Below the pieces are notes generated by a model that ran no database searches, was not told where the DNA came from, and saw nothing but the letters and a program-made list of their open reading frames with translations. Positions 37,892-45,941 of a DNA stretch of 64,000 nucleotides are shown here, one piece after another (the stretch's first letter is position 1; each line of letters starts with the position of its first letter). The stretch lies in the NCBI GenBank assembly GCA_964434225.1, contig CAYSUM010000002.1, positions 40,900-104,899 on the forward strand. The letters run 5' to 3'. This DNA comes from an uncultured Rhizobium sp. (GTDB taxonomy: Bacteria > Pseudomonadota > Alphaproteobacteria > Rickettsiales > UBA1997). The translations under genes and the position numbers were made by a program.

Positions 37892-39046
37892 TTACCTTTT
37901 CTCGAATAATTTTTTTACTTCTTCTTGAACTATTTTTTCAACCAAGCCGTGTAAATGTTCATCAAGCCAAGAATCAAGTTTGGGCTCTAAAATATGCATC
38001 GCTATTTCAGCAAAATTTTGATTCTGTAGCATCGCTTCTAAATTGTCGTCGGGACTTTTGTAAGGTTTTTCTTCGTTTTTTTCTTCTTCAAAAACATTTT
38101 CCATATCCAAAGGAGGAATCGCTACTTCTTCCTTCTTTTTTTGTAATTCAATTTCTAACTCGTCTTCTAAAATATCTTGCGACTCAGAAGAGTTTTTTTC
38201 TTGAAGTTGAGATTTGACCTCCGGCTCTGCATCCGCAAATATTTTATCTTCAATATCGTCAAGCTCATCAAGATCAATATCATCGAGCAATTCGTTGGTG
38301 ATGGAATTTTTCGCTTCCAGCTTTTGAGGTTGAGAAGCTTGAGTTTTAGCTGGCGCTGGCACCGAAATATCTTTCAAAAATTCTTCATCATCAATATCAA
38401 TTTCTTGGCTTGGTTTAAGAGTTGCAGGCTTTGCTGGCGAAGTTTGTTCGGCTTTTTTGTGAGCAGCTTCTTCTTCCGCCAATAATTTATCTAAATCAAG
38501 ATCGTCAATTTCCTGTTCAGTTTTTTTCTCTTCTGGTTTTTTTGCTTCAGGCTCTGGAGCTTTTGTTTGAGATGGCTCTGGCTGGTGAATTTCTTCATCC
38601 AAATCCAAATCTAAATCCAAATTAAAATCTAAATCATCATCGGCTTCTTCAAGATTCTTTTCTTCAATATCCAAAGATAGGTCATCATGTTCTGCCACAA
38701 TTTCCTCCGCTTGAACTGGAGCTTTTGACTCTTGAACTGCTGGTTGATGATCTTCCAAATCACTAAGATCATCTAAACCAAGGTCATCTTCGATATTATT
38801 AACTGCAGATTCTGCGGCAGCTTGCTTGGCGTCAATCTCAGCCATAGTCTTCGCTGCGACATTTGAAGCTGCAGCACTATTATCAGCAACTTCAATCTTA
38901 ACATCAGATTTAGCTTTGCTTGATGGAATATATTCAAACTCATCATTAATTCCGGCGACGGTTTCGATCTTTTTTGGCTCTTGATCGAATTTCTGCATTT
39001 TTTTCTTGATGTTTTGCAAAATCGAAAGAGTATTTTTTTCTGTCAT
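37892..39046 (-). CDS. Acidic PopZ-like / DUF2497 family protein
   Basis: The start is set at the ATG at 39046 (MTEKNTLSILQNIKKKM...). The middle is long and rich in E/D/P/K, with DLDFNLDLDLDLDE. The C-terminal ILEPKLDSWLDEHLHGLVEKIVQEEVKKL resembles the DUF2497 helix of PopZ. Confidence 0.65.
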   Translation of the reverse strand: MTEKNTLSILQNIKKKMQKFDQEPKKIETVAGINDEFEYIPSSKAKSDVKIEVADNSAAASNVAAKTMAEIDAKQAAAESAVNNIEDDLGLDDLSDLEDHQPAVQESKAPVQAEEIVAEHDDLSLDIEEKNLEEADDDLDFNLDLDLDLDEEIHQPEPSQTKAPEPEAKKPEEKKTEQEIDDLDLDKLLAEEEAAHKKAEQTSPAKPATLKPSQEIDIDDEEFLKDISVPAPAKTQASQPQKLEAKNSITNELLDDIDLDELDDIEDKIFADAEPEVKSQLQEKNSSESQDILEDELEIELQKKKEEVAIPPLDMENVFEEEKNEEKPYKSPDDNLEAMLQNQNFAEIAMHILEPKLDSWLDEHLHGLVEKIVQEEVKKLFEKR

Positions 39047-39161
39047 GAGTTCTTGTAGATGATTGATTTTATTGGCTGCAGGCGATATAACTAAATTGAG
39101 AACCAGAGCATTATTAATGATGTGACGCAGTTTTTTGATCACGAAAAAAAATACAACTAAA

Positions 39162-41162
39162 ATGAAAAAAGATTTTCGCGAACTACTCGCATGGATTATT
39201 ATTGGGATTATTGGCGCTATCGCTTTTGGCGGAATTGCCACAATTCGTGGCGAACATATTTCCTCGCTCTGGCTTATTGTAGCTTGCATTTGCACTCAAA
39301 TTACCGCCTATCGTTTTTACGGCGCATGGATCGCATTAAAAATTTTACATATCGATGGAAGGCACAGTACGCCTGCTCGCAAGATCAATGATGGCAAAGA
39401 TTTTATTCCTACAAATAAGTGGATTGTTTTTGGTCATCACTTCGCGGCCATTGCAGGCCCTGGGCCGCTGATTGGTCCAACTTTAGCGGCACAATTTGGA
39501 TATTTACCAGGAACTTTGTGGATTCTGGTTGGGTCAATTCTTGGTGGCGCAGTTCAAGACATGATTATTTTATTTTCTTCGGTACGTCGCGACGGAAAAA
39601 GTCTTGGCCAGATGATTAAAGACGAAATCGGTGCAACTGCTGGCTATGCAGCAATGATCGGAACTCTCGCCATCATCATCGTTTTAATTGCCGTTTTAGC
39701 ATTAATTGTCGTCAAGGCTTTGATGCATAGCCCATGGGGTTCTTTCACGGTTTTTATGACAATTCCCATCGCGATGCTTATCGGAGTTTATCTTTCTAAA
39801 ATCAGAATTGGCGCGGTTTTGGAGGGAAGCATTATCGGCATCGCACTTTTTCTTCTCGCAGTTTATGGCGGAAAAATCGTCCATTACGACGCCACGCTTT
39901 CACATTTTTTTGATCGTGATGCCAAATTTTTAGCCATCAGCATTATTATTTACGGATTTCTCGCGGCAACACTTCCAGTTTGGCTTTTATTGGCTCCGCG
40001 CGATTATCTTTCATCATTTTTAAAGCTTGGAACCATCTTTTTATTAAGCGTCGCAATTTTGATTTTCCGTCCCGAAATTCAAATGCCTGCACTCACTCAA
40101 TTTATCGACGGCAATGGTCCCGTCTTCAGCGGTAAGATTTTTCCGTTTTTATTTATCACGATTGCCTGCGGAGCAATTTCTGGATTTCATGCTTTAGTTG
40201 CATCTGGCACAACACCAAAAATTATTTCTGACGAAAGAGATATTCGTTTAGTCGGTTACGGAAGCATGTTGCTTGAAGGCTGCGTTGCAATAATGGCAAT
40301 GATCGCGGCTTCTGTGTTACAACCCGGCGTTTATTTTGCCGTCAATTCTTCTGCAGCAGCTCTTGGCGGAACCGATCCCCAAATTGCGGTTGCAACAATT
40401 TCATCTTGGGGCTTTCCCGTCACGATTGAAACCATGACAAATCTTGCAACTGACATGGGCGAAAATTCACTATTCTCGCGTACAGGCGGCGCTCCGTCGC
40501 TGGCTTTAGGAATGGCGAGTATTTTTTCTTCCGCCTTTGGCAGTGGCATGTTGTCGCTGTGGTATCACTTTGCGATTATGTTTGAGGCAATTTTTATTTT
40601 GACAACTTTAGACGCCGGAACCCGCGTCGCACGCTTCATGCTACAAGATATGCTTGGAAATATTTACAAACCTCTTGGCAATAATTCGTCAAATTTTTCA
40701 GCGATTTTCTCGAGTTTTTTAATCGTCGCTGCTTGGGGTTACTTTCTTTATCTTGGCGTAATTGATCCACACGGCGGCGTAAATATTTTATGGCCTCTAT
40801 TTGGAATGTCGAATCAGATGCTTGCTGGAATTGCGCTTTCTTTCGCAACTGTGATTATTGCCAAAAGCGAGAGGCGAAAATATTTTTTTATCACCGCAAT
40901 TCCGCTACTTGCTTTACTCAGCATTGTGACGACCGCGGTTTTTGAAAAAGTTTTTTCTGAAAATGTAAAAATCGGATTTTTCGCTATGGCAAAATCGCTT
41001 CAGACCAAACTTGATGCCGCAGAAATTATTGGCGCTGAAAATATCGCTTTAACGCAAAATATGATTTTTAATCAAAAGCTGATCGCTTTTATCGCTCTAA
41101 GTTTCATGGCGATTTTATGGGTTGTGGTTTTTGAATCGGCTAGAAAAATAATTAAGAAATGA
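39162..41162 (+). CDS. cstA: Carbon starvation protein A (CstA family peptide/pyruvate transporter)
   Basis: Polytopic membrane protein with FGHHFAAIAGPGPLIGP, ACGAISGFH and LWPLFGMSNQMLA motifs. I prefer the ATG at 39162 over the TTG at 39135. Confidence 0.93.
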   Translation: MKKDFRELLAWIIIGIIGAIAFGGIATIRGEHISSLWLIVACICTQITAYRFYGAWIALKILHIDGRHSTPARKINDGKDFIPTNKWIVFGHHFAAIAGPGPLIGPTLAAQFGYLPGTLWILVGSILGGAVQDMIILFSSVRRDGKSLGQMIKDEIGATAGYAAMIGTLAIIIVLIAVLALIVVKALMHSPWGSFTVFMTIPIAMLIGVYLSKIRIGAVLEGSIIGIALFLLAVYGGKIVHYDATLSHFFDRDAKFLAISIIIYGFLAATLPVWLLLAPRDYLSSFLKLGTIFLLSVAILIFRPEIQMPALTQFIDGNGPVFSGKIFPFLFITIACGAISGFHALVASGTTPKIISDERDIRLVGYGSMLLEGCVAIMAMIAASVLQPGVYFAVNSSAAALGGTDPQIAVATISSWGFPVTIETMTNLATDMGENSLFSRTGGAPSLALGMASIFSSAFGSGMLSLWYHFAIMFEAIFILTTLDAGTRVARFMLQDMLGNIYKPLGNNSSNFSAIFSSFLIVAAWGYFLYLGVIDPHGGVNILWPLFGMSNQMLAGIALSFATVIIAKSERRKYFFITAIPLLALLSIVTTAVFEKVFSENVKIGFFAMAKSLQTKLDAAEIIGAENIALTQNMIFNQKLIAFIALSFMAILWVVVFESARKIIKK

Positions 41163-41335
41163 AAATTTTTACCTTCCTAAAACTTCTAAAAAGCTATATC
41201 AACGGTGATTTTGCTTATCAAAATTATTTGCAGCATCGCGCCCAAGGGCATTCAAATTCAAAACTACTAACCAAAAAAGATTTCTTCGCGGCGCAGCAAA
41301 AACACAAATGGACCAAAATTAATCGCTGCTGTTAA
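41159..41335 (+). CDS. YbdD/YjiX family small protein (CstA-associated, DUF466)
   Basis: My translation is MKIFTFLKLLKSYINGDFAYQNYLQHRAQGHSNSKLLTKKDFFAAQQKHKWTKINRCC*. It has an ATGA overlap with the cstA stop, and the ..RCC C-terminus is typical of the family. Confidence 0.7.
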   Translation: MKIFTFLKLLKSYINGDFAYQNYLQHRAQGHSNSKLLTKKDFFAAQQKHKWTKINRCC

Positions 41336-42242
41336 GTAGCTTTTTGCTTTGCTCAACATCGTCTTTAGCGCAATAATCAAAACCTTTCAGATTTATCTTT
41401 GCTAAAGGATTTTTTACGCCTTGCTCATGAGCTTTCTTAAAACAAATATCGAGCAATTGTTTAGTTAATTTATCGCGACTTTTTGCCGTTGAACAACCTA
41501 AAACGATCGAAACAATTCCGAGATCTTTTTTCTTCGCCGCACTGACCAAATTAAAACCAGCAGCTCTGGTAAATCCCGTCTTCATTCCTTCCGCGCCTTT
41601 ATATTCTAACAAAACGTGATTGTGACTTTCGTATTTTTGTCCGCGAAATGTAAAATTTTTTAAGCCAAAAAAACTATAATATTTTGGAAATTTTTTCTTT
41701 AACGCCAAAGCCAAACGCGCTAAATCATAACTATTAGTGTATTGCCCTTCTTCATGCAATCCGCTGGCGTTGCGAAAGCTGGTGTCAATCATTCCAAGTT
41801 CCGCCGCTTTTTCATTCATCTTACGCACAAATTCCCATTCGCCGCCCGCAACTCCTTCCGCCAAAGTTACCGCAGCTTCGTTAAATGATTTTACCGTCAC
41901 CGCTTCAATCGCCTCTTTTACCGAAATTTTTTGGCCTTCTTTCAAATGCAAAGTGTTGCCGTTATTAACTTTGGCGATTTCTTCACCATAAGCCGAAACC
42001 GCTAATTCTTGATTCAGGGTCAAATGCTTCTGTTCTAAGGCTTCAAAAGTTAAATAAAGTGTCATCATTTTCACCAAAGATGCTGGATAAGAAATTTTAT
42101 CCGATCTTTTTTCGTATAAAATTGCACCAGTTTCTTCTTCAATCACCAAGGAAGAATAATCTTTGCTGCAATCATGCTCTTGCGCAAAAACTGGTGCAGA
42201 AATTGCCAATAAAGTTAGAAATAAAATTAGGTTTTTTATCAT
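41319..42242 (-). CDS. Serine-type D-Ala-D-Ala carboxypeptidase (PBP5/6-like, peptidase S11)
   Basis: Signal peptide, an ASLVKMMT (SxxK) motif, SFNEA-type SxN and KTGFT (KTG) motifs. Confidence 0.85.
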   Translation of the reverse strand: MIKNLILFLTLLAISAPVFAQEHDCSKDYSSLVIEEETGAILYEKRSDKISYPASLVKMMTLYLTFEALEQKHLTLNQELAVSAYGEEIAKVNNGNTLHLKEGQKISVKEAIEAVTVKSFNEAAVTLAEGVAGGEWEFVRKMNEKAAELGMIDTSFRNASGLHEEGQYTNSYDLARLALALKKKFPKYYSFFGLKNFTFRGQKYESHNHVLLEYKGAEGMKTGFTRAAGFNLVSAAKKKDLGIVSIVLGCSTAKSRDKLTKQLLDICFKKAHEQGVKNPLAKINLKGFDYCAKDDVEQSKKLLNSSD

Positions 42243-42243
42243 T

Positions 42244-43395
42244 TTATAAAATTTTTAGAATTTCTTTAGCGGCTTTAAAGCTGGGATTTTCAGCACTTCC
42301 CAAGCCCATTAATTTTAACGCTGCCACACTTTCATCGATTTGTTTTTGTGCTAAATTTTTATCGTCGAGCAATTTTTGCATTTCGCAAAAAAGTAAATTT
42401 GCACAACATTTTTCCTGCAACATTTCCGGAATAATTTCGCGGTTTGAAATTAAATTAATCAAATTAGCGAATTTAATTTTGACCATTCTTTTCACCAAAA
42501 AATGAGTGATAAAATTGATCTTATAAGCAATCACCATTGGCAAGCGATAGAGCGAGATTTCAAGAGTATTCGTGCCCGATTTTGCCAAAGCAAAATCTGC
42601 CGCAAAAAGCGCAGAATTTTTCTCGTCTTTTTCGATTAAAAAATATTCCACTTTTAAATTTTTTGCCATTTCTGAAACCAGATTTCGCGTCTTGTCAATC
42701 AAAGGAATTACCACTTTTAAATCTGATTTTTTTTGAGCGAGCAAATTTACTGCGCCAATAAATTCTGGAAAAATTTTTGTCACTTCACCATTTCGACTTC
42801 CTGGAGTTAAAGACAGAACTATCGCGCTTTTGGCGATATTATATTTTGCACGAAATTCATCGCGAATTTTTTCTTGTCTGCCAAAATCTGGTGCATTTTC
42901 AACAATCAAATTTCCGATAAAAACCGTCTTGAGTCCGTATTTTTCAAAATATGGCGGCTCGAAAGGCAAAATCGTCAAAAGCAAATCATAAAGCTTGGAA
43001 ATTTTTTCGGCGCGGCCCGAGCGATAAGCCCAAACTGAAGGCGCGATAAGATGAACTTTTTTTATCGATTTAAAATCTTGCAACTTCTTAATTACTCGAA
43101 AACAAAAATCTGGCGAATCAATCGTAATCACACAATCGGGATTTTGCGAAATAACCGACGCGACCGTTTGTTTGATGCGCGCCAGCAGTTTTGGAATATG
43201 CGGCAAAACTTCTAAAAATCCCATAACCGATAATTCTTCCATCGCGAAAATTGACTTGAGTCCTTGCTCTTGCATCAGCTTTCCACCCACTCCAACGAAC
43301 TCAGAATTGGGAGTTTGTAATTTTAATTCACGAATCAATTTTGCACCAAGCAAGTCGCCAGAAGCTTCGCCAGCAATTATGAAAAATTTCTTCAT
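42244..43395 (-). CDS. lpxB: Lipid-A-disaccharide synthase
   Basis: MKKFFIIAGEASGDLLGA N-terminus, TIDSPDF and SGTNTLE motifs. Confidence 0.93.
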   Translation of the reverse strand: MKKFFIIAGEASGDLLGAKLIRELKLQTPNSEFVGVGGKLMQEQGLKSIFAMEELSVMGFLEVLPHIPKLLARIKQTVASVISQNPDCVITIDSPDFCFRVIKKLQDFKSIKKVHLIAPSVWAYRSGRAEKISKLYDLLLTILPFEPPYFEKYGLKTVFIGNLIVENAPDFGRQEKIRDEFRAKYNIAKSAIVLSLTPGSRNGEVTKIFPEFIGAVNLLAQKKSDLKVVIPLIDKTRNLVSEMAKNLKVEYFLIEKDEKNSALFAADFALAKSGTNTLEISLYRLPMVIAYKINFITHFLVKRMVKIKFANLINLISNREIIPEMLQEKCCANLLFCEMQKLLDDKNLAQKQIDESVAALKLMGLGSAENPSFKAAKEILKIL

Positions 43396-43397
43396 TT

Positions 43398-43501
43398 AGG
43401 ATTTAAGATTTAAGATTTCAGATTTATGATTTTGAAGCGCTTCCAATCGCAGCGCTAACATCACAATTTCTAAATCTTAAAATCTCAAACTAAATCAATT
43501 T
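43398..43501. repeat. AAGATTT heptamer array (copy B): five tandem NNGATTT units, a GC-rich palindromic core, then inverted AAATCT units
   Basis: aGGATTTaAGATTTaAGATTTcAGATTTatGATTT (43398-43432) forms the left arm. The core contains the perfect palindrome gaagcgcttc and a second agcgct. The right arm is ctAAATCTtaAAATCTcaaactAAATC. Confidence 0.6.
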
Positions 43502-44518
43502 ATGTCTAAAAGAAAAATCGCCGTTGCCGGCGCAACTGGAAATGTCGGCCGTGAAATTTTAAATATTTTGGCGGAAAGAAAATTCCCAGCTGATGAAGTT
43601 GTTGCTTTGGCTTCTGCCAATTCGATTGGCAAAAAAGTTGCTTATGGCAACAAAGATTTAAGCGTGCAAGTTTTGGACGATTACGACTTCACCGGAACTA
43701 AAATAGGTTTATTTTCGCCAGGTGGATCGGTTTCAGCAATTCACGCTCCAAGAGCTGCCGCGCAAGGTTGCGTTGTAATTGACAACACTTCGCATTTTAG
43801 AATGGATAAAGATATTCCACTTGTTGTTCCTGAAGTTAATCCGGAAGCGATTTCAGAATATAAAAAACGCGGAATCATTGCCAATCCTAACTGCTCAACC
43901 ATTCAAATGTTGGTGGCTTTAAAACCTTTACACGACATCGCCAAAATCAAACGTATCGTAGTTGCAACTTACCAAGCCACATCTGGTGCAGGAAAAGAAG
44001 CGATGGATGAACTTTACGATTCAACTAAAAAAATCTACGCCAACCAATTTTCTGAACCAAAAAAATTCAGCAAAAGAATTGCCTTCAACGTAATTCCACA
44101 AATCGATTCTTTTATGCCCGACGGCGTGACCAAAGAAGAATGGAAAATGAAAGTTGAGACCCAAAAAATTCTTGGCGCTAATATTAGAGTTGAAGCAACT
44201 TGTGTGCGAGTTCCAGTTTTCAACTGTCACTCTGAGGCCGTAAATATTGAGTTTGAAACCCCAATTTCAGTTGCACAAGCCAGAGCTGCGCTAGATAAAT
44301 CTGATGGCGTAATTGTTATTGATCGTCCCGCTGAAATGGGATTTGTAACCCCAGTTGAAGCTTCAACCAAAGATGCAGTTTTCGTTTCCAGAATCAGAAA
44401 AGATGAATCAATTCCACATGGTTTGTCACTTTGGGTTGTCGCCGATAACCTTAGAAAAGGCGCGGCTTTGAACGCTGTTCAAATCGCTGAACTTTTAGTT
44501 AAAAAACACGGATTTTAA
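43502..44518 (+). CDS. asd: Aspartate-semialdehyde dehydrogenase
   Basis: AVAGATGNVG, NPNCSTI (active-site Cys) and SGAG motifs; 338 aa. Confidence 0.95.
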   Translation: MSKRKIAVAGATGNVGREILNILAERKFPADEVVALASANSIGKKVAYGNKDLSVQVLDDYDFTGTKIGLFSPGGSVSAIHAPRAAAQGCVVIDNTSHFRMDKDIPLVVPEVNPEAISEYKKRGIIANPNCSTIQMLVALKPLHDIAKIKRIVVATYQATSGAGKEAMDELYDSTKKIYANQFSEPKKFSKRIAFNVIPQIDSFMPDGVTKEEWKMKVETQKILGANIRVEATCVRVPVFNCHSEAVNIEFETPISVAQARAALDKSDGVIVIDRPAEMGFVTPVEASTKDAVFVSRIRKDESIPHGLSLWVVADNLRKGAALNAVQIAELLVKKHGF

Positions 44519-44525
44519 ATCCTAG

Positions 44526-44549
44526 TCATGCCGAGCCTGTCGAAGCATT
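44526..44549. repeat. Short palindromic unit related to 2993-3025
   Basis: gtcatgccgagcctgtcgaagcat compares with gtcatcctaagctttagcgaaggat. Confidence 0.3.
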
Positions 44550-44568
44550 TCTAAAGCTATTCCAAGCT

Positions 44569-44591
44569 GGACGGAGTTTTAAACTCCGTCC
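44569..44591 (+). terminator. Hairpin downstream of asd (possible terminator; weak T-tract)
   Basis: ggacggagt-tttaa-actccgtcc forms a 9-bp stem. It is followed by acgcgttcatttt rather than a clean T run. Confidence 0.4.
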
Positions 44592-44618
44592 ACGCGTTCA
44601 TTTTCAATTATAAACAAA

Positions 44619-45278
44619 ATGAATTCCAAACCCCCTTCTTCAGCCAAATCCCTTCCCCAAAAAATCAACTTAAGCGGAAAATATTGCCGCCTTGAACCTC
44701 TAAACGACTCAATCCACGGCAATTTACTTTGGAAAAATACCGGCAGTTTTAACGAGCTTTGGGATTATATGATTGACGGCCCATTTCACGGTGAAGAAGA
44801 ATTTCGCACTTGGCTAAAAACCCGAGAAAACAACAATATCCGCCACTACTACGCCATAATCGATCTCAAATCCAACGAAGCTTTGGGCGCTTTCTGCCTG
44901 ATGGATTGCCACCTCGAATATGCCACCTGCGAACTTGGAGGAATTGTCTTCTCGCCAAAATTACAAAAAACCCGAATCGCCACTGAAGCGATCTATCTAT
45001 TATCCAAATACGCCTTCGACCTTAACTACCGCCGCCTGCAATGGAAATGCAACATCCAAAACGAAGCCTCTAAACGCGCCGCCAATCGCTTCGGATTTAC
45101 CTTCGAAGGCATCCTGAAAAATCACATGATATTAAAAGGTAAAAATCGCGACACAGCAGTCTTTTCAATCATCAACAACGATTGGCCAACATATAAATCA
45201 GCTTTTGAAAATTGGCTAAACGAAGAAAATTTTGATAAAGAAGGATGGCAAAAAAAACGTCTGGAAGACTTCAGATGA
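44619..45278 (+). CDS. GNAT family N-acetyltransferase (RimJ/RimL-like)
   Basis: LQWKCNIQNEASKRAANRFGFTFEGILKNH is a typical acetyl-CoA-binding/GNAT C-terminal block. Confidence 0.8.
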   Translation: MNSKPPSSAKSLPQKINLSGKYCRLEPLNDSIHGNLLWKNTGSFNELWDYMIDGPFHGEEEFRTWLKTRENNNIRHYYAIIDLKSNEALGAFCLMDCHLEYATCELGGIVFSPKLQKTRIATEAIYLLSKYAFDLNYRRLQWKCNIQNEASKRAANRFGFTFEGILKNHMILKGKNRDTAVFSIINNDWPTYKSAFENWLNEENFDKEGWQKKRLEDFR

Positions 45279-45320
45279 TTTAAAGAGATAACTCTAAGAA
45301 AAGCGGCGCGAGTCAAAATG

Positions 45321-45938
45321 CTAATTTTTTATCGCAAAATCAAGTTTTTTTAAGGCTTCTTCAACTCCCAATGGATGCTCCCAAACGTAAGAAATTACAG
45401 CCAAAAAGTCAGCACCGGACTTTACTAATAAAGCGCAATTTTGATCGGTGATTCCGCCGATTGCGACGATTGGAAGATTTAAGATTTCACTACTCCATTC
45501 AAGAATTTCTAAAGTTGGTTTGCCGCGGGATTTTTTGGTTTTGCTCTCATAAAATGCGCCAAACGAAATGTAGTCAGCGCCTTGTTCGCCAGCTTCCATA
45601 GCGAGATGTCTTGAGTCGTAGCAGCTGGCACCAATTACAAAATTGGGGTGAGATTGTTGGCGAGCGAGTTTTATCGAACCATCTTCAGCGCCCAAATGAA
45701 CGCCATGCGCTCCAATTTCTAGCGCCAATTCAAAGTCATCGTTGACGATGAATTGCGTATTGTTGGAATTGCAAATTTTAAGTAATTCTTGGGAGATTTT
45801 TTTGATTTCCGACCTTTCAAAACCTTTTAGGCGAAGTTGAAAAACTGGAACTAGTCCAGTTTTTAAAGCCTTTTCTAATTGCGGCAAAAAATCTTTAAGT
45901 TCAATTTTTGGCGGACTGATCAGATAAATCTGAGACAT
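45321..45938 (-). CDS. thiE: Thiamine-phosphate synthase
   Basis: FQLRLK, VNDDFELALEIGAHGVHLG and VAIGGI motifs are present. Confidence 0.9.
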   Translation of the reverse strand: MSQIYLISPPKIELKDFLPQLEKALKTGLVPVFQLRLKGFERSEIKKISQELLKICNSNNTQFIVNDDFELALEIGAHGVHLGAEDGSIKLARQQSHPNFVIGASCYDSRHLAMEAGEQGADYISFGAFYESKTKKSRGKPTLEILEWSSEILNLPIVAIGGITDQNCALLVKSGADFLAVISYVWEHPLGVEEALKKLDFAIKN

Positions 45939-45941
45939 TAT

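Noticed and set aside
39047-39295. 83-codon 5' extension of the PopZ-like ORF (track ORF 37892-39295)
   Set aside because: The extension overlaps the cstA start region on the opposite strand and has odd composition (MQMQATISQSEEICSPRIVAIPPKAIAPIIPIIIH...). It is the antisense of the cstA TM segment. The internal ATG at 39046 gives a PopZ-like N-terminal helix.
33772-43501. CRISPR-like interpretation of the short tandem repeats
   Set aside because: The repeat units are 7 bp without spacers and each array is under 110 bp. There are no cas genes, so these are not CRISPR arrays.
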